In this document: positions 1-11,400 of the stretch, in pieces
How positions within the stretch are numbered: the first letter of the stretch is position 1
Layout of the letters: every line of letters starts with the position of its first letter
IMG/VR virus record: IMGVR_UViG_3300045988_154140
Coordinates: 1-64,000 of that record
Reading direction: 5' to 3' (one strand)
DNA from: a virus
Length of the DNA: 64,000 nt
The notes under the pieces: generated by a model
Seen by the model: the letters and a program-made list of their open reading frames with translations, nothing else
What the model was told of the DNA's origin: nothing
Database searches by the model: none
Made by a program: the position numbers and the translations under genes

Positions 1-36
1 ATAACATGCTGGCATATTGTACGTTAGGTGTATTTT

Positions 37-372
37 GGACAAATGCGGCCAAAAAACTCTATAACTTAAGGATATATATATAGGTATAATTGTAATGTAC
101 ACATAGCAATATACGTATTTATAGAATTTTATATATGTTATTGTCCCATTGTCCATTATTTACCTACATAATAGGAATACAGATAATTATCACTTGGACA
201 ATAACAGTGACAATAGGTGGACAAATATAGGGACAACCGATTTTCGGCCTTAACAAGAGTTTTTCGGAGCAAGTTATTGTAGTTTTCGGGCTGAAATGAC
301 AAATTGCACATTTTGCACATTTTGTGCAGTTTTTCATCGGCAGAAGTGGGACAATAGAGAAGTGGGACAATA
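37..372. repeat. Iteron family 1: about 10 copies of (G)GGACAAT in both orientations
   Basis: Copies at 37-44, 140-147(rc), 148-154(rc), 196-203, 208-215, 219-226, 230-237. GAAGTGGGACAATA is duplicated at 343-356 and 359-372. TGCAC-N5-GTGCA palindrome near 313-327. Confidence 0.6.
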
Positions 373-556
373 CAATCACCAACTTCACACTGGTCAGAAA
401 CAAGGGTTACTCGGGACGCAAAAGTGTCTTCCCAGTACCTTTCAACCGACATTACAGCCATACATGGGAAGCAATTTGAACACAGACAAACCGCTTTGCC
501 GCCCCGCTCCCCCACAATTCTGGTATGCTAAACAAAGTGTAACGTATTCTTACCTC

Positions 557-897
557 ATAAAATAATTCATACGGCCTATATGGAGAGTCCTCGTATGGGA
601 CCCTACCTCCCCTATAAGCCCACCTCACAAAGTCGTAAAACGAACTCGCCCGCACACCCTACCAACCCGTAAAACGAGACATCCGAACGTACATCTCAGA
701 GCGGTAAAACGAACTCGCGCAAAGTCGCAAAACGAGCCATCAGCGTATATCTCAGAACAGGAAAACGAGCCATCCGAGCGTACCTCAGAGCGGTAAAACG
801 AACCACCCGCGTACAACGCGCTCGTCTCTCTTTCCCCTTATAATAATTCACGTTCGGCGATATGGAGAGTCCTCAGAGGGACCCTACCACCCCTAGG
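557..897. repeat. Pair of ~60-bp imperfect direct repeats bracketing the GTAAAACGA array
   Basis: 557-616 and 838-897 share ATAATTCA..N..ATATGGAGAGTCCTC..GGGACCCTACC.CCCCTA. Confidence 0.6.
635..803. repeat. Iteron family 2: six direct copies of G(T/C/G)AAAACGA(A/G)(C/A), spaced 23-35 bp
   Basis: Copies at 635, 669, 704, 727, 760, 793. Longer units are similar (AAAACGAG.CATCCGA.CGTAC..CTCAGAGCGGTAAAACGAAC x2). Inverted copies near 1290-1320 and 1543-1556. Confidence 0.65.
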
Positions 898-1454
898 GGT
901 CTGCCTGCGTGTGCGTGTCCGCGTGTGCGCCTGCCTGAGCAGATTGGACGTACCGAGCTGGGCAGAAAGACAGGAAGACAGGGAGACAGGGAGGACAGCC
1001 CGACACACCGAGCAGGACAGGTCGCACGCGGGCATCTCCTGACCTTGCCAGCCTTGCCCCGACTGCCCACCCTGCCCCGTTTCCCGCCTTTCCCGCGTGT
1101 GTCATATTGTCAACAGGAGCGTCACACGCGCACCCTGTAAAACGTCCTTTTGTCAAGCCATTTTACTATTCCTCAATTTATCAAAACATTACACACTGAT
1201 ACACAACGACTTACGTGCATACTAAACATAATTTCCATTATTTAAGGCCGCTTTACAGCCCCGAAACGCTGACATTTTGCTACCTCATGCCGTTTTTCCG
1301 CGTATTTCGCGTTTTCCGTGCCTGGCTGTGGGCAAAGGGCATACGATGGCATATAGTGCACACCGCAGGCAGCTGGGCGCGTGATACGCGATGCACGGGA
1401 GAGCGCAGGCAATGCGCGTATGTCGGGCGTGTCGTGTGCAGGACGTTCGAAGCA

Positions 1455-1503
1455 GGCAGGACAGCAGGACGAGCGGGACAGGCAGGACAGCAGGACGAGC
1501 GGG
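1455..1503. repeat. 23-bp perfect direct repeat (period 26) in a GC-rich purine-skewed tract
   Basis: GGCAGGACAGCAGGACGAGCGGG at 1455-1477 and 1481-1503. Confidence 0.8.
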
Positions 1504-1774
1504 GCGCGTATGGCTCGTTGTTCTATTTGTCTTTTCCAGATTGTCCGTTTTGCGAACACGACTTGCGTAAAAAGAACACTCTCTCACGCTTGCAAGGACG
1601 CTCCACCCCGCCGCGCGCGACCCGCAAGTAGGGGGTTGAATTTAACTTTTGTTACGATTTAGACCGATTTAACTTGTTATTTTGTCAATTATCCTGATGT
1701 TTCATGCTGGAAAAGCGATATTTACTAGAATAATCCACTACATTTGCAATGAAAAACAGAAAGACCCACCAGAC

Positions 1775-2257
1775 ATGCCGTTACCCAGAAGAAAACGATT
1801 AGACCCGAGAAACGCGCAAAACGAGTTTGTGCAGTTGACCGTGCGTGTGCAGCCCGCGGATGCCGATTTTTTGCTGGACGGTTTTACCTTTGCCAATCAG
1901 GCGGCTACCTTTTATTTGCATGCCATGCGCCTTTTGCTGTCAGACGCGCTGTGCGAGTTACAGGGATTTTTCAGCCCCCAGGAATGGGAGTTTTTGGCGC
2001 TCACGTTGAAGGGCATTGAGGGGTGGGACGAGTACAAGGATGTAGGAATCATGTTAAGCAAGTCTGACCTTTGCAGGGTTTTGCTACAGGCGCGCCACCT
2101 GCCCGCGCGTGCTACCTTATGTGAGGTCATCCCGTCCGAGTTAGTACGCAGGATCCGCGAGAACCTTTCTCCCTTGCATGTGTGGGCGATACGTAAAAGG
2201 GTGCGCGACTACTGGCGTACACCAGAGGCCGATATGTCGGTATGGGCTCGCTTTTAG
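1775..2257 (+). CDS. hypothetical protein
   Basis: ORF-track 1682-2257 trimmed to the first well-placed ATG (MPLPRRKRLDP...). Non-repetitive composition; convergent with the giant gene and shares its terminator hairpin. Confidence 0.4.
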   Translation: MPLPRRKRLDPRNAQNEFVQLTVRVQPADADFLLDGFTFANQAATFYLHAMRLLLSDALCELQGFFSPQEWEFLALTLKGIEGWDEYKDVGIMLSKSDLCRVLLQARHLPARATLCEVIPSELVRRIRENLSPLHVWAIRKRVRDYWRTPEADMSVWARF

Positions 2258-2382
2258 CGAATGTCCAAGATATGTCCAAGATATGTCCCAGACATATATA
2301 ATTCGCACGCGCGCGTGTACATGTGTTAAGTAAATCGGCCTTTCGTTAACACGTTTGCTGGATATGTTAAGTAAATATAGCA

Positions 2383-2412
2383 AGCCCCGTGAGCGGTTGA
2401 ACTCACGGGGCT
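2383..2412. terminator. Bidirectional intrinsic-terminator-like hairpin
   Basis: AGCCCCGTGAG-N8-CTCACGGGGCT (11-bp stem) lies between convergent genes; T-rich run follows on + strand. Confidence 0.6.
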
Positions 2413-2423
2413 TTCCTTTGTTA

Positions 2424-5400
2424 CTACTTCTCCACCTCCAGCAGCCTGCGGTTAGCCTCCTGCAAGGAGTCCACCACGTTATCGGGTAGGTCATTGTCCT
2501 TGTACAGGCGTAGCATGTAGTCTATATATCGCGTTATGCCACGCATGTCTCTGTAGGCCTTGAAGCGCTCGGATCCTTGCAGCGCGTCCAGCTTCTGCCG
2601 CTGTGTCTTCTTCGCCTCCTCGAAGTTGGCTTTAGCCGCCTCCAACGACTTTTCTGCTTTTGCTATAGCGAAGAGGTCGTGTGACTTCTTAGCCGCCTCC
2701 AGCTTCTCCTCCTTTGCGCGCACGTCCAACGCTGCGGGTCGGGGTATGCGCTTTATAAGGCTGAACTCGCTTTCCGTTGCGCCCATGAACGGTTTGACCG
2801 TCCGCATGTACTCGCCCTTTGCGCGTGCCGCGTTACGTTCCCCGCTGCCGCTTATCCAGAAGCGGCTGAGCACGGGTACGCCTCCTCTGTCAAACAGACC
2901 CTTTGCGCCTTTCCAATAGTCCTTTTCCGAGCCGCCGCCCTCAAGGTAGGGAGCGGCCAGCGCGTCAGACACGGCAAGCGCTGTGCTTGCCCATCCGCCT
3001 GCTATGCCTGTCAGCATCTCCTGCACGTAGCCTGGGGAGAAGTCCAGCACGTTGTCGGCAGAGCGCTCGTCATTGCCGCCGCCTACCTTGTTCAGCGCGC
3101 GTGACATCGCGGTGATGGTCGCGCTTGTGCTACGGGTAGCCTTGAGGTATTCGGGCTGGTAGCGGCTGAACATGTTGTCGTTGCGCAGTCGGGAGCCCTT
3201 GAAGTCGCGGTTTACGGCTATGTGGGATGCCCACTGCAAGCTGCTTGGAACAAGGCTCGATATAGCCGTGCCAGCGTCTGTAAAGTCCACGTTATTGGGT
3301 GCTACAAGCTCCATCAGACCCGCGAAGTCGGAAGCCTGCATATCGCGTTTGCCCGCGAAGGACGCGCCCGTCACATCGCCTACCTGGAACATCGCGCCTA
3401 ACTCTGGTGTAAGTGGTATCTTCAGCCAGCCGTGACCCTTGGGCAGACGCAGGCAGATATTATGCTGGCGCTCCCAGTCGGACAACTCATAGTAGTAGTC
3501 TCCCCAGTCATCGTCCCCGTCACCGCCTACAGCGCTGTATATTGCGGGCAGGAGCAAGTTATTGAAGAGTGGCAGAGCCACAGCAGCTGCCGTGACAGGA
3601 GCCGCGCCGAACGCGAAAGCGAACTTTGCGGGGTGCTCTTTAACAAGCCTGTAGAGCTGGTATGTGCCTTGTACATGTGCGTTGAAGAACACGATGAACG
3701 AACGGCCATACTGGCTGTAGTAGTTCAGTGCGTTGGATAGCCTGTACTTCGTGCCCTCCCGCTGCGTCAGGCTCTTGGCACCCGCTCCCTTGCGGTTGAA
3801 GTTCAGCGTAGCCTCCTTTGCATCATCTATACTGCGCTCTCTTGTGCGTCCCATCTCGCGGCTTGTCTCGTAAGCCACGAAACGGTTAACAAGTTCTGCG
3901 GCCTCGTTGAGGAACGAGAAGAACTCGAACATGCGCATGGGACTGAGCTTCCTGCGATTGATATTCTTGAGGTCACGCACCATGTCCACCATGAACTGCG
4001 TGCTCTCCTTCTGGTTGCGTATCATGGTGTAGCCAGTAGCACCACCACCGTCCATGAACTCCTTGAACATGCGCTCATGATACCCCGTCATTGGCTTGCC
4101 AGCCTCGTACTTGCGCAGCATGCCCACCATCCTTGCCCAGTTGGCCACGTTGCCAAGCAGAAGGTTCTGCTTCTTGGTCAGCGCCCACCAGTATGCGGGG
4201 CTCTCGCCTATAAACGCACGTAAGTTCGAGTGCGCTGTATCTCGTGCAAGGTTAGCTCCACCGAAGGACACGTTGTAGTTTGTAAACGCGCCTGCCATGA
4301 AGTTATTGAGCTTCCGCAGTATAGGCCAGCCGCTGTTTTCTGGGTTCAGCAGGCCGTTGAGTGCCATTGCCACACGTGGGTTGCCCACTATGGTGATGAC
4401 GCGGTTAGTGCCTCCTACGGAGAGGCGTATCTGGTGTGCGCGTGCGTGCTGCTGTGTCACTCTGTAAGGCGGCAGGGGCGTTCCCTTCTTCATCTGTATG
4501 GCCATACCCAGAGCGGCCTTCTCGCGCATATCAGCGTTGAACCTGTCCAGCTCTGCCTGCACCTCCTCCGCGCTCATCTCTCGCCCGCCTGTCATTGGGT
4601 CGGTGAGTTCTGGAGTGGCCAGCACCCAGTCTGGCGCGTCTTCTGTGCCTCTGTTCTCTACCCACATACTGTCTATGACAGCCAGGCCGTTGGTGTTGTG
4701 GGCGCTCACAAGGTTGTAGAAGTGTTGCAGAGCCATGTTCTTGTTACCGCTCGCGATGCTTCGGTATGCCACGCTCAGCAGGCCACCCAGCGGGTTGTCA
4801 GCCTCGCTCTTTCTGCCCTTTGCTGTCTTGACGGGGTTGCCCAGCTCGCTGCGCTGTCCGTCAAGGTAGTCGTACATCTCTTCTGCGGTCGGGTCAGCCC
4901 AGCCGCGCAAGGGTACGAAGAAGTCGTAGCGCCTGAGTTGATCATCCACGTACTTCTTTGTCGTCAGTCCGCTGCTTCTCTGCTTCTCCAGGCTGTACCC
5001 GCTCATCGCGCGTATAGCCTCCCAGAGGTCATCAGTGTAGTGTGTGTTTTCGTAGTTCTCTACACGCCTGTAGGCGGCTTCCGTGAAGTCCTCTTTCTCC
5101 TCAACGAGTGCCGACAGACCGCTGTAGTCTTCTGTCACGTCTGCCCCGAAGTCAGCGGCTCTTCGTGTCAGCTCTTCCTGCGTCTCCCTCCAAGTCCAGC
5201 CGTTCTCCTCTGCATACTCCTTGATGAAGGAAGCGGTGCGGTACCAGTTGTCCAGCTCGTCCTCGTAGAACTCGGCTTCAGTCTTCAACCCGTGTTTGTT
5301 TGGATGCTTCTTGATGCTGTCTATCTCTGCCTCTATTTGCTTCACACGAGCCTTGATAGCGGCTTCAGTACCCAGCGTGCTTTCCTCGCCAGCCGCTATG

Positions 5401-8400
5401 CGCGTCAGTTCGGCAAGCAGTTGTGTGCGTTCCTCCTTCAGCTCTGCGGTGGCCTCGTGTATCTGTTCCGCATAAGACTCATTAGCCTTCTCCTTCATCG
5501 CGGCGCGTATGGCCATGTCTCTGTTACGCTCTATGCCGTGTTTGGAGATGAGATACCAGGACAACTCAAGACCCTTGCCTTTCTTGAAGTCTTTGACAGC
5601 GCCTATGAGCCTGTACACGGCACGCTGTAGCGGGCGTGCAAACGCACTGTCAAAAAGCTTCATCTCGTTTGCGTTGCGGCTGCTCAGTTGCAGCATCGCC
5701 TTGTATGCGTTCTGCATGTCGCTCACCTTCTCTCCTGTAGCGCGTTCAACGAGCTTCTGGAACTCGTCAACGCTGGCAAGGTAGTCGAAGTAGCCCTCTT
5801 TGGCAAGGAAGGATGCTTTACTCATCACATCGTCCCATGCGCGTTGCATGGTCTCGCGGCTCCATCCTGCGCCCTCGCTGTCATTGTTCAGCGCACGGCT
5901 TATGTCATCCTCACGGAAGAGGTCTTCAGCCGCAGCGGACTCCTTGCCCTCGGTTTCGTACTGTCCTACTCCAAGTGTCTCCTGCATCTTCAAGTCCTCA
6001 GCCGTACCAAGGATGCTGCGGAACGAGCCAGGCTCTTCAAGGTTCTTGTAGCTTCTCCACAGGATATAGCGCAGTTCATTGTCGGTGAGTACGGGTCCCG
6101 CGTAGTCGAAGCCAAGCGTGTGCAGCATATCCAAGAAAGCCTCCTTGATAGCCGTCCAGAAGGTCGGGTCGGTTGTCTCGTAGTTCATATCCTCTGCAAG
6201 GCTCGCAAGATACTCCTCTGTGGCGGTACGCTGGTCGTAGCCCTTCTCCTCCATGAGCGCGTCTATCTTCTGCCGTATCTTGTAGTCGCAGCTCTCGTAC
6301 ACGTTATCAAGGAACTGGTCGAAGTGCTCACCGAACAACTGACGCAAGCCGTGGTGGGCTACCGCCTCATGCAGTATTGTCTTCTCCACATCTGCCATGC
6401 TGGTGTGGTTGCCTATAACTACGGTTATCTTGCCAGTAGTCTTGTTGTAGAATCCTTTTGCCTTCTGTCTCTTGCCCGTGAAGCCCGAACCATCGGCCAC
6501 TATCTCCACGTTGCTGAGATGCAGCTTCTCTGCCAGCTCCTGCGCGTGTGTGGTCATACGTTCCCGCATGTTCTCCGCGTATTCTACCTGTTGTCCTGCG
6601 CTGTATCGGCTCTTGCCTATCATCTTCGATACGGGGTCATTGGCAAGCGATACCTCCTCGTCTGTTGCTTGTCCTTCGCCTTCACGCTTGAGCCATTCGC
6701 CCCTGTATTCGCTGTTCAGAGCCTCTATGGCCGCATCGTCCATGTAGGCAGCGCCCTTATAGGCTTGCTGCTTCTCCTCGTCATCCACAACGCGGTAAAG
6801 GTCATCCTCAGAAACTTTTTCGTCAGAAACCTTTGGGTTCTCGAAATCTTGTATTACCTTTGCCGCAGAAGAAAGTTCTGCGTTATCTGAGGCTTCCGCG
6901 ATTGGTGCGGAGAGGTGCAGATAATTCAGGGCTTTCTTTTTATCTACAAACCTCATATAACCCTTGTTAATCCAAGCGGCAACGCTGTGTCCTTTCTTTC
7001 CGAACACGCTGCTCACAATATCAAAGTCGGCCTCTGTTCCTTTCCCTAAGTCTATTGCAACGAGGAAATTTCCATTCGCGGTTTTCAATTCCGTTAGCAC
7101 GGAGCGATTACCTTCTTTCCCTAAGTTGTCAAATACTGCGATAGGATTTGCCACGGCCTTTGGCAAGTCATGCAGCTCTTCAATGGAGAAGCCATGTTTT
7201 TTCATCTTCTTCGCAACCTTACTGCCATGAAGTCTTATCGGTTTATCAGCGACTCCCGCCGACAATAATTTTGCGGAGGGGCTTCCCAAATTGAAATTTA
7301 TTTTGTCGGAATTATCCTCCGTAAATTTTGCGAGTTGTTCATTGAACTTCTCGTTCACCCTCTCCAGGCTTTCCCCGTCATTCATCATGCGGGGATCCAC
7401 GCCGTCCAACAAATCCTTCATCACGCGGTCTGCCACTTCCTCGGCTGTGGTGTAGTGGATATGCAGGAAGTCAGCAACGCTCTTCCAGAACGTATCAAGC
7501 GCCTGCCGTATCTTCTGCATCGCGCTCATTGCTTCTGCCTTGTCGAAGATGCTTCCGTTCTTGGTAGCCTCCTCCATCTCCTTACGCAAGCGTTCCGCGC
7601 CTCTACGGCCTGAGTAGGTAGCCAGCACTTCATCTGCTATCTCGTCATCAGTCTTCAGCTCGGGGTAATGTTTCTTCACTTCCTCCCATACAGCGGTGTC
7701 CTTCATAAGGCCAACCACGTTTGCCCACTCTTTAGCGTTTGACTGTCTCAGAGCGCTTGCCCACAGGTGCGCATACTCATGCACAGGTGTTTCGCTGTTG
7801 GCTATCTTCGGGTCTATGTATATCTTCCCGTCAACGGTAAAGCCGTAAGCCTCACCATCGGCGGTGCGGAAGAAGCGTACATGGTCAGTTATCTTAGCAT
7901 CCTTCTCGTTGAAGATGACGTAGTTCGTATCGCCCTCTTTCGCGCCACCAAAGTTTCGCCCAGCCTTGTACCTGATGCCGACAAAGCCGAGGGAATACAA
8001 AAATTCGCTTGCGGCCTTATCGTCATTGAATGTTGCGTCATCATTAGGCATCCTAATTGACAAAGCCCTATACAAGTCGTTGCCGTCCAAAAATTTATAC
8101 CTCTTGTCGAGTTCGGGGTTTATCGGTCTTTTGCCTTGTTGCTCTAATTGCCTATTTACTTTGTTCAGCACTCTAGCACCAACCCTGGAATCCCAGTCAA
8201 GATAGTTCTTCCCGTTGTCATCGGTGATTTCCACCGTGTAGAGATGTCGGGAGGGTAAATCGTTCTCTTTTAGTTCACCAAGTTTCTCGTAGTCGTGGAT
8301 AAAATCGTTATACCCGCTACCCTTTTCCTTGGCTTTATTGTACATCTCAGAATGGCTGTCAAGAAGTCTTTGTTTTTCCGACTCGAAACTTCTGCCATTA

Positions 8401-11400
8401 TTTAATGCCTCGCGCAGCTTCTGGAGATAATAGTTTCCGAATTTACTTCTGAAAAGCTTATTATTTGCGTCCTCGGCATACGTTCTACCGATAGCCTTGC
8501 TGCTTGTCACATAAGTGCCCCAGCCAAAGGACTGACTCCCCTGACCCTCACCAATGTGGCTGTGGTCGAAAGCCTCAAATTCAGCACCAGAACCGTGCCA
8601 AACACGATTTTCACGAATGCCCGCAGAACTTTTTTCGCTCTCTTCAAGCAATTTTTTGCCTTTATCGTAGGACTTTTCAACTCCTTTTAGTAACTTTGCA
8701 AGCGGATAGGATGAATCAAGTCTTAATTGGTTCTGGCTACCCACACCATTAGGAGTGCTTGGCAATTCGTTGTCGAGCACTTCTATTTTTTGTACCTCGT
8801 ATGAGTGGATGCCATTATCTGTCGCCGCAGATTTTTCCTCGCGCATCAGCGTCATCACCCTGCAAGGCACACCGTCAATCACAACAGCACCATAAAACCT
8901 GTGCATAAGGGCAATCGGATTTATCCTTGCCCCGCGTTTCCCGTCCTTTCCTTTGATATAGTCGGGATGCTCTTCCACCTCAACGCTATGGTTTATCACT
9001 TCGTCAAGATGTTCTGCCAAAGCCAGATGGGCTCCCTTATTTCCGCTCTTAGCTTGGTGCTTCGGGCTTAGACAAATCTCTATCGCGTTACCAGAGATTG
9101 TATAGTCAAACTCTGTGCCGTTATTGTCGTAATGAAGAACCTTGGCCTTTCCGTCAGGAGCGTATTTCTCCTTTGCTTTTTGGATAGCCTGCTTCGTGGC
9201 CTCAGCTATATTTCCTGTATAGCTATGCCTTGGGATGCCATCGAGCACCTTAACTGACATGTCGTTTAAGCCTGGCATTACAATCCCTCGGTTTTCGACA
9301 GCCTGTTTCTGTCTTTCTGCAAAACTCTCTGGAGCGTCACCCATTTGGGTTCTTACCTTGCCGTTAGCCTCGTCCATCACACGCTGCCCTTCTTCCTCGT
9401 TTGTTATGACATCCATGCCATTCTCCCGCATTCTGTCTATCACGGCATCGCGCAAGATAGCTTCCTCCTTCGTAACAGGAGCAGCATCTTTTCCGCGCTG
9501 GTAGCGCTCATCAGCCTTGCGAGAGTTGAAACGCTTTGATGGTGGGATAATATTGCCCTTGTCATCGCGTGTTACTAAGTCGTTCTGCTTTCTGTTGTTC
9601 TTCACATTCTTATACCTGTAGCTCTTGCCGTTGTCGTAGCCCCACTCGTTCACGTCGTTGCTGTCCCACCAAAGGTCACCAGCTGGCACCTCGTCTTCAA
9701 TGATACGGTACTTACCCTCCAGACGGTTGTCGCCATGCAACTCAGCATACCTCCTCGAAGGAGTCACCCAATCACCATTGCGCAACTTGCCCTCCTTTAC
9801 AGTTGTAGGCACGGCGCGATACACCTTTATCCTCACATCCTTCTTGCCGTTCCGTATGTCGTCAATGGCTGTCTGTATCGCCTTGCCGCTCTCCTTGCTT
9901 GTTGGCAAGCCTTGCGAGTATTTATCAGGATGCTTAAAGATGTCTTCTGGTTGGTTGCTGTAGCCTGCTGCCATATCCTCCACATTGAGGTCTGGCGAGT
10001 CTTCACCAACGGCATTGCGTCTCGCTTCGTCCGTCTCATAATCAGGCTTTGAAGGTGCGCCCCAAGCACCTACGCCCTGGTAGTCGCTCTCGACATCACC
10101 ATACCCCTTACGTCTTGCAGCCTCGTCAAGCATCTCACGGGCAGTAGCCTCGTCACCTTTCGCCAAGGCATCCGCATAGCGTTCGTCTATCTCGTCTTCT
10201 GTGAGTAAAGACAACTCTTCCAAGTGCTGCTGCCTTTTGGCTTCTTCCTCTTCGGCTTTCTTGCGTGCAGCCTCCATCATGCCACGCTCTATCTCCGCTT
10301 GCTTTCTGCGCTCCTCGATAAGCACGTCCACGTCGCCATACTTCGCCTTAATCGCTTGCTCTACAGGCTCAAACAGACGCTTGTTAGCAAGAAGACCGCT
10401 CACTCTATCACGCTCCATCAACGCCTTCTTCTCCGCTATATGCTCACGCAGATATATAGCCTTTAGGTCATGAAGAGCCATTGCAGCCGCAGCTGAATTC
10501 CTTTCTCTCATACCCTCGGCATATCGGGAAAGCCACATACCATCCAAGCCATACTCCGCTGCAAACTCTGAATATTCGTCTGCTTTCTGGAGACGAGCGT
10601 GTGGTTTTTGCCCTGCGGCTTCTTCGGTGCGGATTATCTCCTTAATGATAGCGGCTTCATTCGGTGCAAGTAGAATTTTGCCTTGTTCGTAGGCATTCCA
10701 AGCCCCTATATAGCCGCTATACATTTTTACCGCTAATTCTATCTGTCCCGTTTCGGCTTTGGTGCTTCCGTATCGTATCTTGCCTATCTTCCATTCGGTA
10801 GCGTGGCTATCAGCATGCTTACTCGCTCCCGTCTTATACTTCTCGGGTGCGGGTGTTGCCTCCCACTTCGTACCTTTGATGACCTCTTCCGTCTTTTGAG
10901 GGCGCGTGTCCTTTGCGGCTTTAGCGGCTTTCTTGTATGCGGCTTCCACCGCTTTATCGGCTTCCTCGTATTCGGCGTTCGCCTTCTCACGCAACTCCTT
11001 CAGTACGGGGTCGGCCTTCATTGCCTCACGCTCTTTCTGCCCTTTTTCGGATGTTGTCTCCGCAGACAAAGTGGCTTGCGTTGGGTAGTGCTCAAAGAGG
11101 TAGTCCTGTATCTTCTCCTCCCATTTCTGCTCCACGTCACGCGCATGGTCATTCGCTTTTATGAAGTCTGGATTGTTCTCTACGAGGTGGCTTTCTATCT
11201 CTTCTTTCTGCCCCTTTTCTATAGGCAGTATGGAAGAATTATTAAACACAACAACCTCACCTCCATCAATCATATTATGTTCTACAGACCAAGCATTCAT
11301 ATAGTTAATGATGCCATCATATCCCTTACTCTTTAACAAGTTAGAGAACTGAACGGCTTCACTCTCGTTAAAGCCTGGATTACCAAGCATGTAGAATGGT

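Noticed and set aside
635-803. Mini-CRISPR-like array (short repeats with ~25-nt spacers)
   Set aside because: The conserved core is only about 11 nt, the 'spacers' are themselves related to one another, and there are no cas genes. Iterons are the better description.
156-1631. ORF-track ORFs in the first 1.7 kb (e.g. 156-515, 862-1140, 1215-1631, 1381-1662)
   Set aside because: They are mutually overlapping on both strands, built from repeats and purine/pyrimidine-skewed tracts, rich in R/P/C/G, and have no start context. They are treated as non-coding.
1-1680. Interpreting the left 1.7 kb as bacterial host flank, i.e. a prophage boundary
   Set aside because: There is no host gene, no tRNA target and no att-like repeat matching the int-proximal region. 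The integrase is internal with phage genes on both sides, so a permuted or circular phage representation is more consistent. This cannot be excluded without flanking data.
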